From Alphaproteobacteria bacterium (lineage in GTDB: Bacteria > Pseudomonadota > Alphaproteobacteria > UBA828), in contig OZ243972.1 in NCBI GenBank assembly GCA_965214705.1, positions 4,096,001 to 4,160,000 of the forward strand: a stretch of DNA of 64,000 bases. Direction: 5' to 3'. Below the pieces are notes generated by a model that did not search any database, was not told the DNA's origin, and saw only the letters and a program-made list of their open reading frames with translations. Shown here in pieces: positions 47,733 to 61,965 of the stretch. The number at the start of each line of letters is the position of its first letter. Position 1 is the stretch's first letter. A program made the position numbers and the translations under genes.

Positions 47733-50700
47733 ATGATGAAGCTTGAGAGCATCCTTCCCGGCACCCGGCTCGCGGGCATCCTCGGCGACGGCGCGGTGGA
47801 GGTCGTCGCCACCCGCGCCTACGGACCCGGCGCCGTCGAGGTGACCTGGAAGGGGCCGGACGGGCTCGGCCAGCGGATTCTCTTTCGCGACGACGAGCCC
47901 CGGCTCGGGGAGGTCTCGCCGGGCCGCCGGTTCGCCTTCGACGGCGACGGCCGCCTGTTCCGGCTGGCCTCCGAAGCGCTGCGCATCCGCCTCGCCCATC
48001 TCTTCGATCCCTACGTCGCCGTCAATGCCTCGCGGATCGAACCGCTGCCGCATCAGTTGACGGCCGTCTACGGCGCCATGCTCGATCGCCAGCCGCTGCG
48101 CTTCCTGCTGGCCGACGACCCGGGCGCCGGCAAGACCGTGATGGCCGGGCTGCTGGTCAAGGAGCTGCTGATCCGGGGCAGCCTGGAGCGCTGCTTGATC
48201 GTCGCGCCGGGAAGCCTGGTGGAGCAGTGGCAGGACGAGCTCATGGACAAGTTCGACCTCGCCTTCGACATCCTGAGTCGGGAGCAGGCCGAGGCCTCGG
48301 CGACCGGCAACCCCTTCGCCGAGCGGCCGCGCCTCATCGCCAGGCTCGACGTGCTGGCCCGCAACGACGATCTCAAGGCGAAGCTGGAATCCGCGCCCGA
48401 ATGGGACCTCATCGTATGCGACGAAGCGCACCGAATGTCCGCGAGCTTCTTCGGACAGGAGGTCAAGTACACCAGGCGCTTCCAGCTGGGCGCGCTGGCA
48501 GGGCGGCTCGCGCGGCATTTCCTGCTGATGACGGCGACGCCGCACAACGGCAAGGAGGCCGATTTCCAGCTCTTCATGGGGCTCCTGGATGCCGACCGGT
48601 TCGAGGGGCGCTTCCGGGAAGGCATCCACAAGGTCGATCCCTCCGACATGATGCGCCGGCTCACCAAGGAAGAGCTGTTCCGTTTCGACGGCAGCCCGCT
48701 CTTCCCCGAACGCCGGGCGTACACCGTCTCCTATGCGCTGTCGCCGCGCGAGGCCGCACTCTACGAGGCGGTCACCCACTACGTCCGCGAAGAGATGAAC
48801 CGCGCCGACCGCCTGTCCGAAGACGGCTCCAGACGGCGGAACAACGTGGGCTTCGCGCTGCAGGTCCTCCAGCGCCGCCTCGCGTCCTCTCCGGCCGCGA
48901 TTCACGAATCGCTCAAGCGGCGCCTGTCGCGCCTCGAAGCGCGCCTGCAGGAAGAGAGGCTCGGGCAGGCGGGCGGCGGATCCGCCGGGCCGCTTTCGCG
49001 GCCGGAAGCCCCGCCAGCGCTCGACGAGGACGACCTGGATGATGCCTCGGGAGAGGAGCTGGAGGCCCACGAGGACACCCTTCTGGATCGGGCCACGGCG
49101 GCGCAGACCGTTGCCGAGCTCGAAGCGGAAATCGCCAGGCTCGGACGTCTCGAACGCATGGCCGGCGCCCTCCGCCGCTCCGGCGAGGACACCAAGTGGC
49201 GCGAACTCGACCGCATCCTCGACGATCCCCTGCTGCACGACCCCGCACGGGACATCGGGCGCAAGATCGTCGTCTTCACCGAGGCGCGCGACACCCTGGA
49301 ATACCTGGCGGGACGCATCCGCGGCCGTACCGGCGAGGCGGAGAGCGTCGCGGTCATCCACGGCGGCGTGCCGCGCGACCGGCGGCGGGCCACGATCGCC
49401 GCCTTCAACGACGATCCCGCCGTGCGCTTCCTGCTGGCCAACGACGCCGCCGGCGAGGGCGTCAACCTGCAGCGCGGCGCCCACCTCATGGTCATCTACG
49501 ACCTGCCGTGGAACCCGAACCGCCTGGAGCAGCGCTTCGGGCGCATCCACAGGATCGGCCAGACCGAGGTCTGCCACCTGTGGAACCTGGTGGCGAGCGA
49601 GACCCGCGAAGGCGCGGTCTACCGGCGGCTCCTGGAGAAGCTGGAGACGGCGCGGGAGGCCCTCGGCGGCAAGGTCTACGACGTGCTGGGCGAGCTGTTC
49701 GAGGCGCGGCCCCTGCGGGAGTTGTTCATGGAGGCGATCAGGTACGGAGAGCGGCCGGAGGTGCGCGAGCGCCTGTTCCGGGCGATCGACGGCGCGGTCG
49801 ACGTCGACAACGTCAACGACCTCGTGGCCCGCAACAAGCTCACGCAGGAAGGTCTCGATCCAACGATGGTGCGGAGCGTGCGGGAGGATATGGAGCGGGC
49901 GGCTGCGCGCCGGCTCCAGCCGCATCACATCCGCTCTTTCTTCCAAGCCGCCTTCGCCGAGGCGGGCGGTGTCCTGCGCCCGCGCGAGAAGGGGCGCTTC
50001 GAGGTCACGCGCGTCCCACCGATCCTGCGCGACCGCGACCGCCTGATCGGCCGCGCCGATCCGGTGCTGCCGCGCTACCGGCGGATCTGCTTCGACAAGG
50101 AGCGCGTTGGTGGCCAGCCGCAGGCCGCCCTGGTGGCGCCGGGCCATCCGTTGCTCGACTCCCTGATCGACCTCACGCTGGAACGCTACCGGGACCTGCT
50201 CGCGCGAGGCGCGGTGCTGGTGGACGCGACGGACCGGCACGAGGGTCTGCGCGTTCTGATCGCGCTGCGCCATGCCGTCCGCGACGGCCGGACGACACGA
50301 CACGGCAGGCCGCAATCGATCTCCGAGCGGCTTCAGTTCGTCTGGCTCGACGAGGCCGGCAGGGCAATCGACGGCGGACCGGCGCCCTATCTCGATTGCC
50401 GCGCGGCGCGAGAGGAAGAACGCGGCCGGTTGGCGGAACTCACGGAAGCACCCTGGCTCAAGGAGCCCCTGGAGGAGCGGGCGCGGACTCTCGCGGTCAC
50501 CGGTCTCGTGCCCCGGCACCTGAGCGAGGTGAAGGAACGGCGCCTTGCCGAGCTCGACAAGATCGAGGCCGCGGTCAAGGAGCGAATGCGTAGGGAGATC
50601 GCCCACATCCAGCACCGCGCCCTTGAGATCGAAGCCGAGGAGCGGGCCGGAAAGAAGCCCCGGCTCAACTCCGAGAACCTCCGGCGCCAGGCAGAGGTCC

Positions 50701-51277
50701 TGACCGACCGGCTGGAGCAGCGGCTTGCCGAGATCGCGCGGCAGCGGGACATGGCTCCGCTGCCGCCGGAGATCTGCGGCGCGTCCTTGGTCGTGCCGGC
50801 GGGATTGCTGGCTTCGGAGAAGATCGAGGAAGAAGCCGCTGCCGGTGTCGCCGATGCCGCCGACCCGCTCTCCCGCGCGGAGGTCGAGGCCATGGCCATG
50901 CGGGCGGTCATGGAGCGCGAGCGGAGCCTGGGCTTCGAGCCCCGCGACGTCTCCGCCGAAAACCGGGGCTACGATATCGAGAGTGCCGATCCCGGGACCG
51001 GGCGGCTCCGCTTCATCGAGGTCAAGGGGCGCCGTGCCGACGCCCGCGCCGTCACAATCACACGCAACGAGATGCTGGCCGCGCTCAACTCCGGCGACTC
51101 CTTCATCCTGGCCGTGGTGTTCGTCGAAGGAGAGTCGGTGCACGAACCTCTCTATGTGCCCGACCCCGCTCCGGTGTTCGGCCCGGAGCCAGGTTTCAAC
51201 GAGGTCCACCGCGCGATCTCCGTGGCCTCGATCGAGGCTGCTGCGCAACAGGGCCGATCCGCTGGGAAGCGACTCCG

Positions 51278-51281
<4 letters not shown>
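47733..51281 (+). CDS. SNF2-family helicase with C-terminal DUF3883 nuclease-like domain
   Basis: LADDPGAGKT, CDEAH, TATPH, GEGVNLQ, EQRFGRIHRIGQ; C-terminal RGYDIES..FIEVKGR. Confidence 0.93.
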
Positions 51282-54169
<2,888 letters not shown>

Positions 54170-54206
54170 GCGCAGGGATCGAGAATTCGGTGAAGTCCGC
54201 CGGATC

Positions 54207-54458
54207 ATGAAGACGACGCGATATTTCCGGGAGCAGGTTCTGCGCAAACGTCCCTATATCGACCCGGCATGGTGCGCCGCGGTCGTCGCCGAGCCTCTGC
54301 GGCGCGAGGAGCAATCCGACGGCCGCATCCGGTTCTGGGGAGAAGTCAGGCGGGCCGGCGAGGACGCGCCTCGCATCCTGCGCGTCGTTACGCTGGACGA
54401 TGGCGAAACGGTCCACAACGCATTCTTCGACCGGGGTTTCGGAAGGGGAGAACGATGA
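54207..54458 (+). CDS. Small putative RelE/BrnT-fold toxin
   Basis: MKTTRYF..VLRKRPYI..W...DGRIRFWG..ILRVVTLDDGETVHNAFFDR; ATGA overlap with the DUF2283 gene. Confidence 0.7.
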   Translation: MKTTRYFREQVLRKRPYIDPAWCAAVVAEPLRREEQSDGRIRFWGEVRRAGEDAPRILRVVTLDDGETVHNAFFDRGFGRGER

Positions 54459-54670
54459 AGCTGCACTACTATAAGGAGACCGACAGCCTGTACATCGAAT
54501 TCCGGCCCGGACCGGGGGCCGAGACGCGGGAGGTTTCAGACGGGCTGAACGTCGATCTCGACAGCGAGGGCGGCGTGGTCGGATTCGATATCGACCATGC
54601 CTCGCGGCGGCTCGATCTGTCCACGCTGGAGACCGAGTCGCTGCCGCTGCATTCGATCAAAGTGGGATGA
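54455..54670 (+). CDS. DUF2283 putative antitoxin
   Basis: MKLHYYKETDSLYIEF...VDLD..G.VVGFDI.HAS. Confidence 0.85.
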   Translation: MKLHYYKETDSLYIEFRPGPGAETREVSDGLNVDLDSEGGVVGFDIDHASRRLDLSTLETESLPLHSIKVG

Positions 54671-55092
54671 CCGTCAGACGGCGATGCCCGAACCACCGAT
54701 TGGAGTGTGCGCCAATACCCCGATTGCGGCAGCGGCAGCCTTTGACAGGCGCTTGCCGGCGGCACATATACAAGCAAGTCAGTACTACCGCGAATGCCGG
54801 GGAGGAGCGGGCCATGGCCGCGAACAGGGACCGGTTGATCCGGGAAGCCGCTTCGCGCGGCAAGTACGCCCCGCTCTATCGCCATCTGGCCGCCAAGACC
54901 GGGCCCGACTGGCGCGTCTCTTTCGAGGAGATCGAAGCTCTACTCGGCTTCGAGCTGCCGGTTTCGGCACGCCTCTATCGTCCCTGGTGGTCGAACCAGA
55001 AAGTAAGCGGTATCGGGCCCCCATACTTCCAGCGGATCTGATTTCGGGGCTGACTCTCCGCCTTGACCACGAGCCACACAGGAGAGATCGCG

Positions 55093-55518
55093 ATGACAGA
55101 TTCGATTTTGGCATCTGGCGACGGTGTCGCTGTTGCTTCGGTTGAGATCCCAGCTTCTGAGGGAGCCGCCCCGGCTCCGTCTGAGCCGGCCCCCATGCGA
55201 CGCTGGCCGGACGATGAGAAGGCGCGGATTGTCTCGGAGAGCTTTGAGCCGGGCTCTTCGGTTGCGGCGGTCGCGCGCCGCCATGGCGTCAGCGATACGA
55301 GCCTGACCAAGTGGCGGCGGCGCGCGCGGGAGGGAACTCTTCCGGGCGCTCGGATTGGTGGCTCTGCACCGCCATTTGTTCCCGTGGTGGTTGATAGCGT
55401 GACGTCCGAGCGGACGGTGGCGATCGAGGCGCTAGGCGTGGTCGTTCGCCTTCCGGTGGAGAGCGCGGTCGATCGGATTGTTGCGGTGGCCTCGGGCCTG
55501 GGCCGGGCGTCGTCATGA
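55093..55518 (+). CDS. tnpA: IS66 TnpA
   Basis: RRW.DDEKARIV.ES..PG.SV..VARRHGV..L..WRR. Confidence 0.9.
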   Translation: MTDSILASGDGVAVASVEIPASEGAAPAPSEPAPMRRWPDDEKARIVSESFEPGSSVAAVARRHGVSDTSLTKWRRRAREGTLPGARIGGSAPPFVPVVVDSVTSERTVAIEALGVVVRLPVESAVDRIVAVASGLGRASS

Positions 55519-55865
55519 TCGCGGCCCCCTCGCTTCGCATCGTGTTGGCGACGCGGCCGGTTGATTTTCGTCGCGGCCACGACGCGCTTGCGGCGACGGC
55601 GGCGGGGGAGCTGGACCTCGATATCTATTCCGGGGTGATCGTGATCTTCCGCTCGCGCCGCGGCGACAGGCTCAAGCTCCTTGCGTGGGACGGCAGCGGT
55701 CTGGTGATGACCTACAAGCGTCTGGAGCAGGGCCGCTTCGCCTGGCCTCGGATCGAGGATGGTGTGATGCGCCTTACGAAGGGCCAGTTCGAGGCCCTCT
55801 TCGAGGGTCTGGACTGGCGCCGGGTGAAGGCCCGCCCGGTTCGCCGCCCGCTGGCGGCGGAGTGA
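55515..55865 (+). CDS. tnpB: IS66 TnpB accessory protein
   Basis: PVDFRRG.D.L, FRSRRGDRLKLL.WDGSG, KRLEQGRF.WP. Confidence 0.93.
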   Translation: MIAAPSLRIVLATRPVDFRRGHDALAATAAGELDLDIYSGVIVIFRSRRGDRLKLLAWDGSGLVMTYKRLEQGRFAWPRIEDGVMRLTKGQFEALFEGLDWRRVKARPVRRPLAAE

Positions 55866-55958
55866 GGCGGCACGCAGGCGGGGCCGCAGATTTCGGTCGC
55901 GGTCCCGCCTGCACTTTTCCCTGGTCATGCATTGGCGAATCGGATTAAGGGGTGGCCC

Positions 55959-57674
55959 ATGCCGAAGGTCACGCCCTCACCCCTCAGCAGCGCCGGTTCG
56001 CCGTCGCCTGCGGTGGTTTCGGCGGCGCTGGCGGCCCTGCATGCGGAGCTTGACGACGAGCGCGCGGCGCGCCGGGCGACGGAAGCAGCCCTATGCGAAG
56101 CGGAGCAGGCACGCGGCGCGGCGGAGGCGGCGAGGCAGACGGCGGAAGCGCGGGCGGCACGGCTGGAGGCCGAGAACGCGCAGAGCGCGGAGCAGATCAG
56201 CCGGCTTGAGCATCTCAACAAGGAGCTCAGGAAGGCGCTGTTCGGTCCGCGCTCCGAGAAGCTCGGCGAGGACGAGCGCCAGCTTACGTTCGAGGAGTTT
56301 TGGGCGGCGATCGCTGAAGCCGGCGGTCGGCCCGAGGCAGATGACCAGGAGCAGGACGAGGGGGCTGGCGGCAAGCGCCGGCGGCGCTCTTCCCGGGGGT
56401 CGCGCAGCGGGGTGCGCTTCGGGCCCCAGGTCGACCGGCGCGAGGAGGTGATCGAGCCGGACACGATCATGTGCCCCTGCGGCTGCGGCGAGATGACGAA
56501 GATCGGCGAGGACCGCAGCGAGCGGCTGGACTATGAGCCGGCGAAGTTCACCGTCATCGAGACCGTGCGCCCCCGCTACGCCTGCAACAAGTGCAAGGGG
56601 GGCGGGGTGGTGCAGTCGCCGGCGCCGGCCGCTCTGGTCGAGGGCGGCCTTCCCACCGAGGCTCTTCTGGCGCAGGTGCTGATCGCGAAGTACGGCGATC
56701 ATTGCCCGCTCTATCGCCAGTCGCAGATCTACGAGCGCTCGGGGATCGAGGTTCACCGTGCGACGCTGGCGACGTGGGTGGGCCAGGCGTCGTTTCACCT
56801 GCGCCCCGTGGTCGCTTGCCTGGAGGATGAGCTGAAGAAGTCGGATCACCTGGGTCTGGACGAGACCACGATCCGCGTTCTCGACCCGGGCCGGGGCAAG
56901 ACGAAGACGGGCTACATGTGGACCCTTGTGCGTGACGAGCGCCACTGGAGCGGCACGGACCCGCCGGGCGTCGTCTATCGCTATGCGCCCGGCCGCGGCG
57001 GCAAGTATGGCGCCGAGCTTATGGAGGGCTTTTCGGGGACGGTGCAGCTCGACGGCTACTCGGGCCACAACATCCTGGCGCGGCCGGACCGGGCGGAAGG
57101 CCCTGTGACGCGGGCCCTCTGTTGGGCGCATGTAAGACGGAAGCTGAAAGAGGTATACGACTCGAGCGCATCGCCGATCGCGCTGGCCGGTCTGAATCGG
57201 ATCGCGAAGCTCTATGCGATCGAGAAGAAGATCCGGGGCAAGCCGCCGGCGGAGCGCCGCGCGATCCGTTGGGAGGAGTCGGCGCCGATCGTGAACACCT
57301 TCGGTGTCTGGCTCGACGAGCAGCGCTCGCGCGTCTCACCGCGCTCGCGTCTCGGCGAGAAGCTGACCTATATCGCCAACCAGTGGGACGGGCTGCTGGA
57401 GTTCCTGCACGACGGTCGTGTCGAGATCGACTCGAACCTGGTGGAAAACCGAATCCGGCCGCTGAAGCTCACCGCCAAGAACGCGCTCTTCGCCGGCAAC
57501 GACGAGGGTGCGCAAGCCTGGGCCCGCATCGCCTCGCTGATCGAGACCTGCAAGATGAACGGCGTCGAGCCCTACGCCTGGATGCGGAGCACGCTCGAGA
57601 AGATCGCCAAGGGCCACCCGCAGTCGGGCATCCAGGAGCTTCTGCCGTGGAACTTCCAGCCCGAGGCAAAATGA
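55959..57674 (+). CDS. tnpC: IS66 TnpC DDE transposase
   Basis: FGPRSEK, CPCGC, PLYRQ, LDETT, DGYSG, CWAHVRRK, DSNLVEN, LLPWN. Confidence 0.95.
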   Translation: MPKVTPSPLSSAGSPSPAVVSAALAALHAELDDERAARRATEAALCEAEQARGAAEAARQTAEARAARLEAENAQSAEQISRLEHLNKELRKALFGPRSEKLGEDERQLTFEEFWAAIAEAGGRPEADDQEQDEGAGGKRRRRSSRGSRSGVRFGPQVDRREEVIEPDTIMCPCGCGEMTKIGEDRSERLDYEPAKFTVIETVRPRYACNKCKGGGVVQSPAPAALVEGGLPTEALLAQVLIAKYGDHCPLYRQSQIYERSGIEVHRATLATWVGQASFHLRPVVACLEDELKKSDHLGLDETTIRVLDPGRGKTKTGYMWTLVRDERHWSGTDPPGVVYRYAPGRGGKYGAELMEGFSGTVQLDGYSGHNILARPDRAEGPVTRALCWAHVRRKLKEVYDSSASPIALAGLNRIAKLYAIEKKIRGKPPAERRAIRWEESAPIVNTFGVWLDEQRSRVSPRSRLGEKLTYIANQWDGLLEFLHDGRVEIDSNLVENRIRPLKLTAKNALFAGNDEGAQAWARIASLIETCKMNGVEPYAWMRSTLEKIAKGHPQSGIQELLPWNFQPEAK

Positions 57675-58054
57675 CTCGCGCGCTCACGGCGCTCCTCAAG
57701 AAATCCCCGTCGTAGTCAAGCCAGATTCCGGTATGGGGTCTGCGTACCGCTTACACCAGAAACGGGGCGCCGGGCACAGCCATGTGCTGTCCTGGTACGC
57801 GGCCGGATGGAAAACGCGGGCCGTGGACCTCGAAGCGGAAACCCTGGTGTTCGAACGCACGGAAGCCTCGCCCGACATAGCCGGGGCAGCACCTGAGAAA
57901 GGGAGATTCGACCTCGACGAGGTCTGGCCGGCGATCCCCGGCGGCTCATGGCCTCCCGGCTTCACGGTCGGCCGCGAGCAGATCTACGATGGGTTCGGGC
58001 GTCTGACCGGCGGGCCGCAGGACGAGGCCGAGCACGGCCGCTGAAGCATCGCGC

Positions 58055-58489
58055 ATGTTCGTTGACACCAACGTTCTGGTCCGGGCGCGTTTCGAGGCGG
58101 CCCCGAGCCACTCCCTCGCCCGGCGGCGGATGCAGGAGGCCGGGGAGAGCGGCGAAGCGCTGCGTATCAGCCGGCAGGTCCTGCGGGAGTACCTGGCCAC
58201 GGTGACCCGCCCGCAATCCTGGTCTTCGCCGGTCGCCATGGACGCGGCCTTGGCACACATTGCCGCGCTGGAGGCCGTATTCGATATCCTTGAGGACGGC
58301 CCGAGAGTGACGCAGACGCTCACGGGGCTGTGCCGGGAGGTGCCCGTTGCGGGGCGGCAGATCCACGACGCCAACATCGCGGCGACCATGCTGGCCCACG
58401 GCGAGCGGAGGTTGCTGACGTTCAACGCCGGCGATTTCCGCCGCTACGGCGAGCGCATCGAACTGATCGACATGAAGGGAGCGCCATGA
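58055..58489 (+). CDS. vapC: PIN-domain (VapC-like) toxin
   Basis: MFVDTNVLV, QVLREY, IHDANIAATM, LLTFN..DF; ATGA overlap with the DUF499 gene. Confidence 0.88.
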   Translation: MFVDTNVLVRARFEAAPSHSLARRRMQEAGESGEALRISRQVLREYLATVTRPQSWSSPVAMDAALAHIAALEAVFDILEDGPRVTQTLTGLCREVPVAGRQIHDANIAATMLAHGERRLLTFNAGDFRRYGERIELIDMKGAP

Positions 58490-61400
58490 GCGGTACGGAC
58501 ACGCGGGACGCGGCGCTTGCGGCCAAGCAGAGGGTCGAAAGGAGCCTGGAAGCGCTCCGAACCGGGCTCGGTCCCTATGTCGCCAGGCACATGCGCGACC
58601 GCCACGGCAACCACTGGCGCCACCACGCGAGCCGCGCGCAAGGTGACGAGGCCGGCGGGGAGCTCGACGTCTATGCGCTCCTGAAGACGGTGCTCGACAA
58701 CTGGAGCGACCTGTTCCGGCACGACGCCAAGCTCAGGAAGGCGCGGAGCTTCATCTCGCTTGCCATGGACGCGCGCAACAGCGCGGCACATTTCACCGGG
58801 GCGATGACCTCTCGCGAGGCGCTGCGATATCTCGACGCCATGCGGGAGCTGGCGGTCGCGGTGGCAGCCGAGCGGCAGGCGAAGATCGTCGAGAAACTCT
58901 ACGACGAACAGCGGGCAGCGAACGGCGCCGGGCGCTCTCCGGAGACCCGGGCGCTGGCCCTCGACGAGCCTCCGGCACCGGAAGCGCTGCGCCCGTGGCG
59001 CGAGGTCTGCGAGCCCCACCCGGATGTGCTCGAAGCGCGCTTCTCCGATGCCGAGTTCACCGCAAATCTCGCACTGGTCGACCAGGGCGAGGGCAGCGAG
59101 GAGTACGTCGACCCGGCGGCGTTCTTCCGCATCACCTACGCGACCGAGGGCCTGCGGCGCGTTCTCACGGCAACGATCCTGCGTCTGGCGGGCAAGGGCG
59201 GCGATCCTGTGATCGGGCTTCAGACCAATTTCGGCGGCGGCAAGACCCACACCATGCTGGCGCTTCACCATCTGGCCGGCGCCGCCGACGCTGGTTACGA
59301 GCCGCACAGGCTCGCCGGCATGGCGCCGATCTTCGAGGCTGCGGGCATCGACACGCTCGGCCCGGTCAAACGAGCCGTGTTCGTCGGCACTCACAAGGGC
59401 GCGGCCGAGGCGATGCATTCGGAGGAAGGCCGCGAGATCCGTACCTTGTGGGGCTACCTCGCCTGGCGCCTCGGCGGCTGGGAGGCGGTCGAGACCATCT
59501 CCGCTTCCGAGGCCGCCGGCACCAATCCGGGATCGGAACGGCTGATCCCGATCCTGCGAAGTGCCGCACCATGCCTGATCCTGATGGACGAGGTCGTTGC
59601 CTTCGCGCGGCAGTTGCGCGGCCTCGAGTACGACGCCTTCCACGCCTTCATCCAGTCGCTGACGGAGGCCGCTGCGGCGGCCGAGGGGGTCGTCGTCGTG
59701 GGCTCGCTGCCGGAGTCCGGCGCCGAGGTCGGCGACGAGCAGGGCCGCGACGCGCTCCGGCGGCTCGAAAAGATCTTCGGCCGCGTGCAATCGGCGTGGA
59801 CGCCTGCAAGCGGCATCGAGACCTTCGAGATCGTCCGCCGCCGTCTTTTCCAGCCGTTCGACGAAGCGGGGGAGCAGGCGCGCGACGAGACGATCCGGGC
59901 GTTTCGCAAGCTCTACCGCGACAACCGGGCGGACTTTCCGGCGGGGATGCCCGACGCTGCCTACGAGGATCAGATGCGCCGGGCCTATCCCCTCCATCCC
60001 GAGCTGCTGCGGCGGTTCTCCGGCGACTGGTCGGTGCTCGACAAGTTTCAGCGCACCCGAGGCATCCTCAAGATCATGGCGAATGCCGTCTATGCGCTGT
60101 GGAGCGGGGAGAGCGACGCGCCGCTGATCACGCCGGCGCTGCTGCCGTTCCGCGACGACAAGGTGCGCACCGCGCTGCTGGAGCCGCTCGACCGCGCGTT
60201 CGGGCCGATCCTGCAATCGGAAGTCGACGGCGATCAGTCGCTGACGGCCCGGATCGAGGCGCAGCGACCGCGCCTTTCCAGATCGAAGGCGGCGACGCTG
60301 GCGGCACGGTCGGTGTTCTTCGCCACCGCGCCGCATGGCGGGGCCGCCCGGGGCGGCATGACGGGCGCCGAGCTTCGGCTCGCCTGCGCCCAGCCCGGCG
60401 ACCAGATCGCCATATTCGGCGAAGCGCTGCAGGAGATCGCGGCGCGCTCCGCCCATCTCTACCGCGACGGCGAGAGCTACTGGTTCTCGCCCCAGCCGAC
60501 GCTGAACAAGCTGGCCGCCGACCGTGCCCTGGACGTGAGCGAGGAACGGGCCGACCGGCGCATCGTCGAAATCCTGCGCGAGGAACAGCGCGGCCGCGCC
60601 GGGTTCCCCCGGGTGCACGCGGCGCCCGACAACCCGGCCGACATCGAGGACCGGCGCTCCACCGCGCTTATCATGCTGCCGCCGTCGGCGCCGCACGATG
60701 CCGGCGCAGGCCCCGGATCCAAGGCCGCCGCCTTAGCGCGCGAGACGCTTGAGCGAAGGGCCGGCGGGCAGCGCCAATACTGTAACGCCCTGGTGTTCGT
60801 TGCTGCGGACGCGTCGAACGTCGGGGCGGCCCGCGAGAACGCTCGCCGCGAGCGCGCCTGGGATTCGATCGTGAACGACGCCGATCTGAGACAGAATCTG
60901 ACACAGGCGCAATCGACCGACGCGCAGACGCAAGCCGGGCGCAGCCGCGAGGCCCTGCGGCAGAGCATTCGGGGAGCCTGGGTCCATGTGCTCTACCCGG
61001 CACCGCCCGGCGAGAAGGACGACGCCGCGGGCAACAGCAGGGGCTTCGTCATGCGTTCGACGCGACTGGTGAACCGCGGCGCAGCGAAAAGCATCACGCA
61101 AGCCGTTTGGGACAAGGCCGGCACGGACGGCACCGTGATCGGAGAGATCGGGCCCGGCAACCTGATGAGAAGCCTCGACCCCATCTGGCCACCCGATCGA
61201 CCGCACATTTCGGTCGATGAAATCCGGAAGTGGTTCGCATCCTACGTCTACCTGCCGCGGCTGCGCGATGAGGCCACTCTCGACGGTGCGCTGCAGCGGC
61301 TGGTGGAGGACATGGCCAGCCCCTATGCCTACGCGTCGGGCTTCGATGAAGACACCGGCGCCTATGAGGGCGTGATCGACGGCACGGCCCAGTTGCCTGG

Positions 61401-61800
61401 CGGTCTTGGCGACGGACTTCTGGTTCGCCGTGAAGCAATCCCAACGGAAGAGCGCGAGCCCGCTTCCGATGAAGACGACGGCACGCTCGGGCATCCTGAG
61501 GGTTCCGGGCCGAGCCCGGAGCAGACCGGAGCGGAACCGATACCAGCCGAGCCGCTTCCGGGACGTTTCTTCGCGAGCATCCCGATCGAGCCCGAGCGCG
61601 CCGGTCTCGAAGTTGCGCGCATCATGGACGGGCTCCTGGTGGAACTCACCGGATCGCCGGGGGCGAACATTCGGCTCACACTCGAAATCGAGGGAACGTC
61701 AGCCCACCCGGGTTATCCCAAGGATGTCGTCGAGACAGTCAGGGCCAATGCCCTCGACCTGAAGCTGGATCCGGACTCGTTCGGCTTCGAGGAGAACTGA
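58486..61800 (+). CDS. DUF499 AAA+ ATPase with N-terminal Swt1-like HEPN domain
   Basis: LDVYALLK...W..LF, ARNSAAH (RxxxxH), PWREV..PH.DV, QTNFGGGKTH, LILMDE, YPLHPEL, FQRTRG.L, terminal FGFEE. Confidence 0.92.
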   Translation: MSGTDTRDAALAAKQRVERSLEALRTGLGPYVARHMRDRHGNHWRHHASRAQGDEAGGELDVYALLKTVLDNWSDLFRHDAKLRKARSFISLAMDARNSAAHFTGAMTSREALRYLDAMRELAVAVAAERQAKIVEKLYDEQRAANGAGRSPETRALALDEPPAPEALRPWREVCEPHPDVLEARFSDAEFTANLALVDQGEGSEEYVDPAAFFRITYATEGLRRVLTATILRLAGKGGDPVIGLQTNFGGGKTHTMLALHHLAGAADAGYEPHRLAGMAPIFEAAGIDTLGPVKRAVFVGTHKGAAEAMHSEEGREIRTLWGYLAWRLGGWEAVETISASEAAGTNPGSERLIPILRSAAPCLILMDEVVAFARQLRGLEYDAFHAFIQSLTEAAAAAEGVVVVGSLPESGAEVGDEQGRDALRRLEKIFGRVQSAWTPASGIETFEIVRRRLFQPFDEAGEQARDETIRAFRKLYRDNRADFPAGMPDAAYEDQMRRAYPLHPELLRRFSGDWSVLDKFQRTRGILKIMANAVYALWSGESDAPLITPALLPFRDDKVRTALLEPLDRAFGPILQSEVDGDQSLTARIEAQRPRLSRSKAATLAARSVFFATAPHGGAARGGMTGAELRLACAQPGDQIAIFGEALQEIAARSAHLYRDGESYWFSPQPTLNKLAADRALDVSEERADRRIVEILREEQRGRAGFPRVHAAPDNPADIEDRRSTALIMLPPSAPHDAGAGPGSKAAALARETLERRAGGQRQYCNALVFVAADASNVGAARENARRERAWDSIVNDADLRQNLTQAQSTDAQTQAGRSREALRQSIRGAWVHVLYPAPPGEKDDAAGNSRGFVMRSTRLVNRGAAKSITQAVWDKAGTDGTVIGEIGPGNLMRSLDPIWPPDRPHISVDEIRKWFASYVYLPRLRDEATLDGALQRLVEDMASPYAYASGFDEDTGAYEGVIDGTAQLPGGLGDGLLVRREAIPTEEREPASDEDDGTLGHPEGSGPSPEQTGAEPIPAEPLPGRFFASIPIEPERAGLEVARIMDGLLVELTGSPGANIRLTLEIEGTSAHPGYPKDVVETVRANALDLKLDPDSFGFEEN

Positions 61801-61965
61801 TACAGATCGCAGGACGCCCGCTCACGACCCAGGATCGCGATCTTGCGTGCGGCCTCCTCGGTCTCCACCGCGCCGGATGCCGGGTCTCTCGACCGCGGCA
61901 GACCGATGCGCTTGTTTGCCGCACGGAGCCCGCGCCGGTGACCTCCAGCCACGCGACGAACCCGT

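Larger units (their letters stand above)
55003..57754 (+). mobile_element. IS66-family element (tnpA-tnpB-tnpC)
   Basis: GTAAGCGGTA..TACCGCTTAC ends; 8-bp direct repeat ACCAGAAA (54995-55002, 57755-57762). Confidence 0.96.
54814..58044 (+). pseudogene. DUF7662-like domain fused to a VapB-like tail, split by IS66: join(54814..55002,57763..58044)
   Basis: GKYAPLYRHL..SFEEIEALLGFELP.SAR..WWSNQK|RGAGHSH..SW..AGW...VDL...LVFER...WPPGFTVGREQIYD; frame restored on removing the IS and one TSD copy. Confidence 0.85.

Noticed and set aside
55515-55865. tnpB as an RNA-guided TnpB nuclease
   Set aside because: It is the 116-aa IS66 accessory protein, unrelated to IS200/IS605 TnpB.
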